64,000 nucleotides of DNA from the human T2T-CHM13v2.0 reference genome, Homo sapiens, in the NCBI RefSeq assembly GCF_009914755.1, contig NC_060925.1, one strand, 5' to 3'. A model generated the notes under the pieces. The model did not search any database. It was not told the origin of the DNA and worked only from the letters and a program-made list of their open reading frames with translations. Made by a program: the position numbers and the translations under genes. Below are positions 58,027-64,000 of this stretch, piece by piece; the first letter of the stretch is position 1, and every line of letters starts with the position of its first letter.

Positions 58027-59502
58027 ATGATACAGCATATTTAAGAAAAAATTAAAAACCTGAATAGACCTATAGTAACTAAAACTTAAATATACCCTCC
58101 TCTTTGCTAGCCTTCATCAAAAAAATCCCAGGTGAGTTCTATCAAACATTCAGAGAACATATAATTCCAGTCCTTCACAAATTGATCCAGAAAACAGAAG
58201 AAGAAGAAATGTTACCCTGTTCATTTTGAAACATGTTAAACCTTGGGCAGCATAAGAAATAAAAATTATAAGCCAATTTCACTAGTAAGTATAATGCAAA
58301 AATCCTAAGTAAAGGTCAGCAAACCAAATCAGCAATGTTGTTTAAATGACTAAGTTGGAATTTATTCCCTCTAGGTGGGGGTTTTTTCCCCAAATAATAC
58401 AAGGATAATTTAAAACATTAGAGAAAATTATAAATATAATTTGCATGTTGACAAAGGATAAAAGATTAAAAATATATTTATTCTCTCAATAGATGCAGAA
58501 AAATCACACAAAAATAATTAAATACCCATTGATTAAAAACACACATACACAAGTGGAAATTCTTACCAAATAGAAACAGAAATTCCTAATCTCATTTTTA
58601 ACAAGTTATCTACCAAAAACCTACCAAAAACATCACATGAAGTTGTGAAAAACTAAAAATATTTCCCTGGAATAAGGGAATAAGACAAAGATGACTATTA
58701 TTCAGCCCCTATTCAGTATAGCCCTGGCCAGTGCAGTGAGGCAAGAATAAGATGGAAAGAATGAAATAAAGCTATAATCACTTGAATATCTTATGGCTAT
58801 CTTACTCTGAAAATCTAAAATAATCTGCAAAAACCAAAAAAGAGGGTTCAGCAAAGTTGCAGGATACAAGATCAACATATAGAAAAATTAATTTTGTTCC
58901 CATACATCAGCAGCAATGACAAAATTCAATTTTCAAAAAAAGAACTAAGAAAATAAGTTTAAAAAGTAATTAAATTATGCAGACAATGACAAAGTGTTAT
59001 TGAAAGCCATAAAAGAAGATTAAATAAGTAATCAATATACCATATTTATGTATAGGAAGAATCAATAGCAAAATAATTTCAATTCTCCCCAAATTAAATA
59101 ATAAATGTAATACAAACCTAAATTCCAATAGAGTTTTTCACATGCAAGAACGAAGGGCCAAAGGTAGCCAGGATACTCCTGAAGAGGATGAAACAGGTCA
59201 CAAGGCAGCCTTCCCTACTAGCTATTAAGAGTTTATTGTAACTTAAATTATTTAAGACACTATGGCTTTGGCATAGAGATAGACAAAATGACCAGTGGAA
59301 CAGATCAGCAAGCCTGGAAATAGAACCATACAGAAATAGAAACTTGACATATGACAGAGGTGGCATTACAATCAGAGGGAAAAGGATGAAAATAGCAATA
59401 CATAATGTTGGGATAATTGGTTATCCATTACTAATGGTGAAGAAAATTTTTAAAATTAGGTCCTACTTTATACTATACACACACAAGTGGATTAAAAAGC
59501 TA

Positions 59503-59795
<293 letters not shown>

Positions 59796-60629
59796 CTAAT
59801 GTTACAAACAGAAATTTAAACACTTTTAGAAGAAAATATAGGGAATCTAATGACCACCAGCTAGGGAAAGAGTGTAAATGATATGTAAGAAGCATAAACC
59901 ATTGAGGAAAAGACTAATACATTTGATTACACACAAAAACAAAACAAGCAAACAATCCTCTCTTCAAAGTGAAAAGGCAAACCATAGACTGGGATAAGTA
60001 TGCAACACATTTAACTAACATAACAGTGAGCGTTTAGAATATATTTAAAGAACAAATTGATAAAAAGCAAACAACCAACAGAAAAATGGACAAAGTACAT
60101 GAAGAGGCATTTCATAGGAAAGGAAATCTGTCAGGCCCATCAACTTATAAAAAGATACTCAACCTCACTAGGAATCAGGAAATGCAAATTACAATGACAT
60201 TCACATCCATCTGATTGGCAGACATGTTTAAAGTTTGACAATACCAAGTGTTGGTAAGATTTGGAGTAACAGGAATTCTACATTGCTGGGGAGACTGTCA
60301 ATTGGAACAACCATTTTGAAGAGCAGTTTGATAATATCCAGCATTTTCATTCCCAGGAATACATCCTAAAGAATCTCTCACAAAAGAGATACATAAAAGG
60401 TTGTTTGCTTCAGAATCATTTGTAATAGGAAAAACTGGAAATGACCCAAACTCTCCCAACAGGAGAATAAATTACCAAGCATTCATCCCATGGAATTCCA
60501 TATGCAGTGGTTAAAATAAAGGAACTAAACTGCACATATCAACATGGATAAATCTCAAAAACAATGTGTTAAGCAAAAAAACCAGAAAAGTGCAGAAGTA
60601 TAAACTATGATCCATTTACATGAAGTTAA

Positions 60630-60742
60630 TATGCTAAATTATATATTTACATAATTATATATTTATATATAAATACAATTATATTTTTATATTAATTATA
60701 TATTTATATGATTATATATTATTTATGGAATTATGTATAAAT
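60630..60742. repeat. AT-rich low complexity (attatatattta-like units)
   Basis: direct reading. Confidence 0.85.
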
Positions 60743-62220
60743 TAAAGGCATACAAATATTCGTGGCAATTATATATACTGATTTTGGTATAATGGATGCC
60801 TCTGAGGAGAAAAGAAAGGAAATGGGGCTAGAGAGGAATATATCCCAGAAGAAATTCAACTATACCTGTAACATGTTATTTCAAAAATAAAATCTGAAGT
60901 AAATATGGCAGAATGGTGGGTACACTGATGTTTATTATTCTCTGCAATTTCCAGTATGCCTAAAATGTTTTATTCAAAAAGTGATAACATTAAACTTCAG
61001 AAAAGACTTTTTCTCAATGATTGATAAGATTCCCAATAAAATACTAAGATTTCAATAAAATTTGGTCATAAAATTGTCCAAATTCTCATTGTGAAATATC
61101 TGTTTTAAGTATGTGTCCATATAATAAAAGAGCTATCTAGACAAAAATTATAAAATATAAATATACGCACATGTGCCTAAAGACTAGAAAGGAACAAACT
61201 AGAAAGGAACGCATACAAAAAGAACATAAGCTTTTAAGCTAGAAGGATTTAGGGTGCAATTTCTTTAACTTTTTAATTTTTAAAATCTGACTTAATGAAT
61301 GGGAAAAGGGGGTTAAAATAAACGTATTATATACTTCCTAAAAAGTTTTTTCTGTAGAAATAATAATGGCATTTCTGTAGAAATGCCCAGTAAAAAGTAG
61401 TGAAGTCCTTTCAGGTTTTCCTCTGAGTTCATTTCTTTCTGTGAAATGATCAGGTTGAACAAACAGGCACACAACAAAGTGACTTGGGTCAAATCACTAT
61501 CACCACCCAGTTTTCAAGGGCAATGGCAGTCAAGAAGTCGCCGGGGAGTGATACTCTTCTATCCCTTTAATTAAGGCGGGGCTTTTAAAACTCAATTGTT
61601 CCATCCGTGTCTCAAATCAATCAGATGAAATTCACCTTTTACGTGGCCTGAATCCTGATAGCTCAGCACACTTGATAGGTAATTTAATCACGTCTGGTGT
61701 AGATGAACGCAAACTCAAATTAGCTGCTGAAAGAGTTGGTCTTCTCAGAGATAGCTGTGCTTTTCCACTTTTATGCAAGAGCTGAGCTTCACCAACTGGC
61801 TAGCTGGAGGTGTTATTAAAAATTTAGTGAAAGAAACAAAGGTGTGCTCTGGTGTCTCTTGTTACCCTTTCTACTGTTACTCCAGCAGACAAAAGGCATA
61901 GAGCCTGCCTCATGAATAATGTGACATGGAATATTCACAATCTATTTTTAATGGAGTCAAGTAATAACATTAAGAGAGATATTTGCAATCTTCAAATTTC
62001 ACACGGTAACAGGCACAGTAATTTGTTTTGATTCTGAACTGGGGATATCAAGATACATTTTTTACCAAAAAAAAAAAAAAAAGGCATACAGTTAACATCA
62101 AAATTACAATTCCTCACTTAGAGCATAAACAGGGATAACAAAAATGGACCAAATGTTCTAAACGTCATAAGGGAAGAGCAGGACAGCACAGGCACCTAGA
62201 TTTCAATCAGTTCTACTTAC

Positions 62221-62391
62221 CCCTCAGTGCAACTTCTTTACTTTTCAAACCAGGTTGGAAATAACCAACCAGTACACAGGGTGACTTCTGTGGGAAGGAT
62301 GTTTTTGTCATTTTCATTCACTGGGAGGATTGTCTCCCAGGACACTAGGAAGTGGTTCCTGGACGCTGCAACTGTTCATCATCCATCAGTT
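62221..62391 (-). other. Candidate exon, probably lncRNA
   Basis: minus strand: gtttttcag acceptor and ggg|gtaagt donor; alternative acceptor ctttctctccag at 62570-62559. Confidence 0.35.
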
Positions 62392-63370
62392 CTGAAAAAC
62401 TATCTTAAACTCCATTACAGAGTAAACGAATTTAAATTCTGAATGAGAGTAAACTGACATGGAAAGACATGGTGCTGGAAATCAGGTGAGGACAGCCAAG
62501 GACTGAGATTTGGAGAAACCAGAGAAAAGCAGCATTCAAGCCCCCCTTTCCTGCCAACCTGGAGAGAAAGTCGTGTGGATTCTATTTGTTTCCCAGGCTG
62601 TCAAGCAATCTCTCTTCCCTTTGTGCTGTAGAGAGCAGAGCCAGGCCCTAGGATGAAGCAGGAGCTTATTTTCTGTTTATTCACTTAACATCTCAGTAAA
62701 TATTTATTAATCTCCTACTGTGTGCCAGGCACTATTCTGGGAACTGAGGATTCAACAATGAATAAATAAAGCTTCGTAAGACATTGTCCTCACTGCTATA
62801 TCTCCACCCCCTAGAAGAATGCCCAGCACATACTGGGTGCTCAATTATATGTGTGAAATCAATTTGAGTTGGAAATGGGCAATCTGCTGGTTCTCACCAT
62901 GGGGCATGCATACCCTGAATGTCTGGCTGGGAGGTGTTAAAGCACTAGTAGTAGGGATTTTGGCCAGGATTTTATTCTGGTTTCATTCTCTTAAAGGATT
63001 GACTTATGCAAAAAACTCCCACAGGTGGGACAGAACCAGAAATAACCCAGATCCTCATGGGCCTTTAGATTTGTGACTTGCATTAGGGGAGGCAGCTAAC
63101 CAATCTCACACTTTTTTTCCTTTCCAGTCTCCACAGAATCAAAGCGGTCAGGGTTGGACAGGAATGACAGAGCTGTCTCCGTATTACTTGATCAAGGAAA
63201 CCAGTATCGGGGAAGTCAAAAGATTTACACAAGTCACATGATGTGTTGGTGACAGAGCTGTGACTAAAACTAAAACCTAGACCTAAGACCTGTGATTTCT
63301 TTATTCATCTGGGAGCCTTCAGGCCCCTAAAAAAATATGTTGACATTTTCAGAGGAAAGAGCTTACTTAC

Positions 63371-63599
63371 GTGCCTGTGGAACCATCAGGGGCTCTACAA
63401 GGTAGTAGCTTAGTTTTGTACACCTCCTAGTTTTTCTCTTATGAAAGAAGATGAAAGAAGTATCTCTGAGGTGTAGCAGCAAAGGAGAAAGTATATGGAA
63501 ACCCGAGCAATTGGATTTTACTCTTCTGGATATTAGCTTGTGTGCTTCACTTTTATACTCCATTGCAGTTTCCTTCAGTGCCAGCTTTCCCCCTACAGA
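63371..63599 (-). other. Candidate exon (lncRNA or small ORF)
   Basis: minus strand: ctttgttttag acceptor and cac|gtaagt donor; one frame open throughout. Confidence 0.4.
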
Positions 63600-64000
63600 C
63601 TAAAACAAAGGTCTTCCCCAAATTCCCTGCCTAAAGGAAAGGCAATCTGTAATACTCTTAATACTTTATTAACTTAAAACATCACTCTAATAAATATGTA
63701 TTAACAAACATAATGCTTACCAGAAGATCTAAAAACATTTACCAACCTCATCAAAGTGAAAATACCACCTTTCCCCCCTCTATGGTACACATGGAGGGTC
63801 AAAGAGTTGAAGACAGAGCCTTCCTTCCCACATGCCTGCTAGCTCAGAAATCTTTAAAATATCAGCTTAACAATAAAAAACTGAATATACACACATATCT
63901 TTGAAGTAACTGTTCAGCTTTTTGTTTACACCTGATAAAATCCAAAAGGGTCAAAAGGGAAGGTTTACAATTCTGTGCTGTCTTCTCAGAATTCCCTCCA

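Overview
Primate (human-like) genomic DNA, very rich in repeats, with no protein-coding gene that I can support. About 60 Alu units (J, S and one Y-type) are mixed with MIR/L2 relics, old L1M fragments, MaLR/ERVL LTRs and DNA transposons (Tigger4-, MER96-, MER103- and MER3-like). There is also a 7SL pseudogene fragment and one near full-length, inactivated L1PA4-like element (about 19.6-25.8 kb, minus strand) sitting inside the A-tail of an older Alu. Most ORFs in the track are Alu, L1, MIR or low-complexity translations. The non-repeat signals are: a small CpG/GC-rich promoter at about 30.7-31.0 kb (ETS, NRF1, GC box, CCAAT, G4); a GATA/CACCC cluster at 35.5-35.8 kb; and several splice-site-bounded candidate exons, the best being a minus-strand pair at 62.2-63.6 kb, which suggest lncRNA-type transcription. 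I could not name the locus and see no convincing new biological system. The findings are regulatory, splicing and transposon-history hypotheses. Subfamily calls are by eye from recalled consensus sequences, and boundaries are approximate (about 10-30 bp; more for old repeats).
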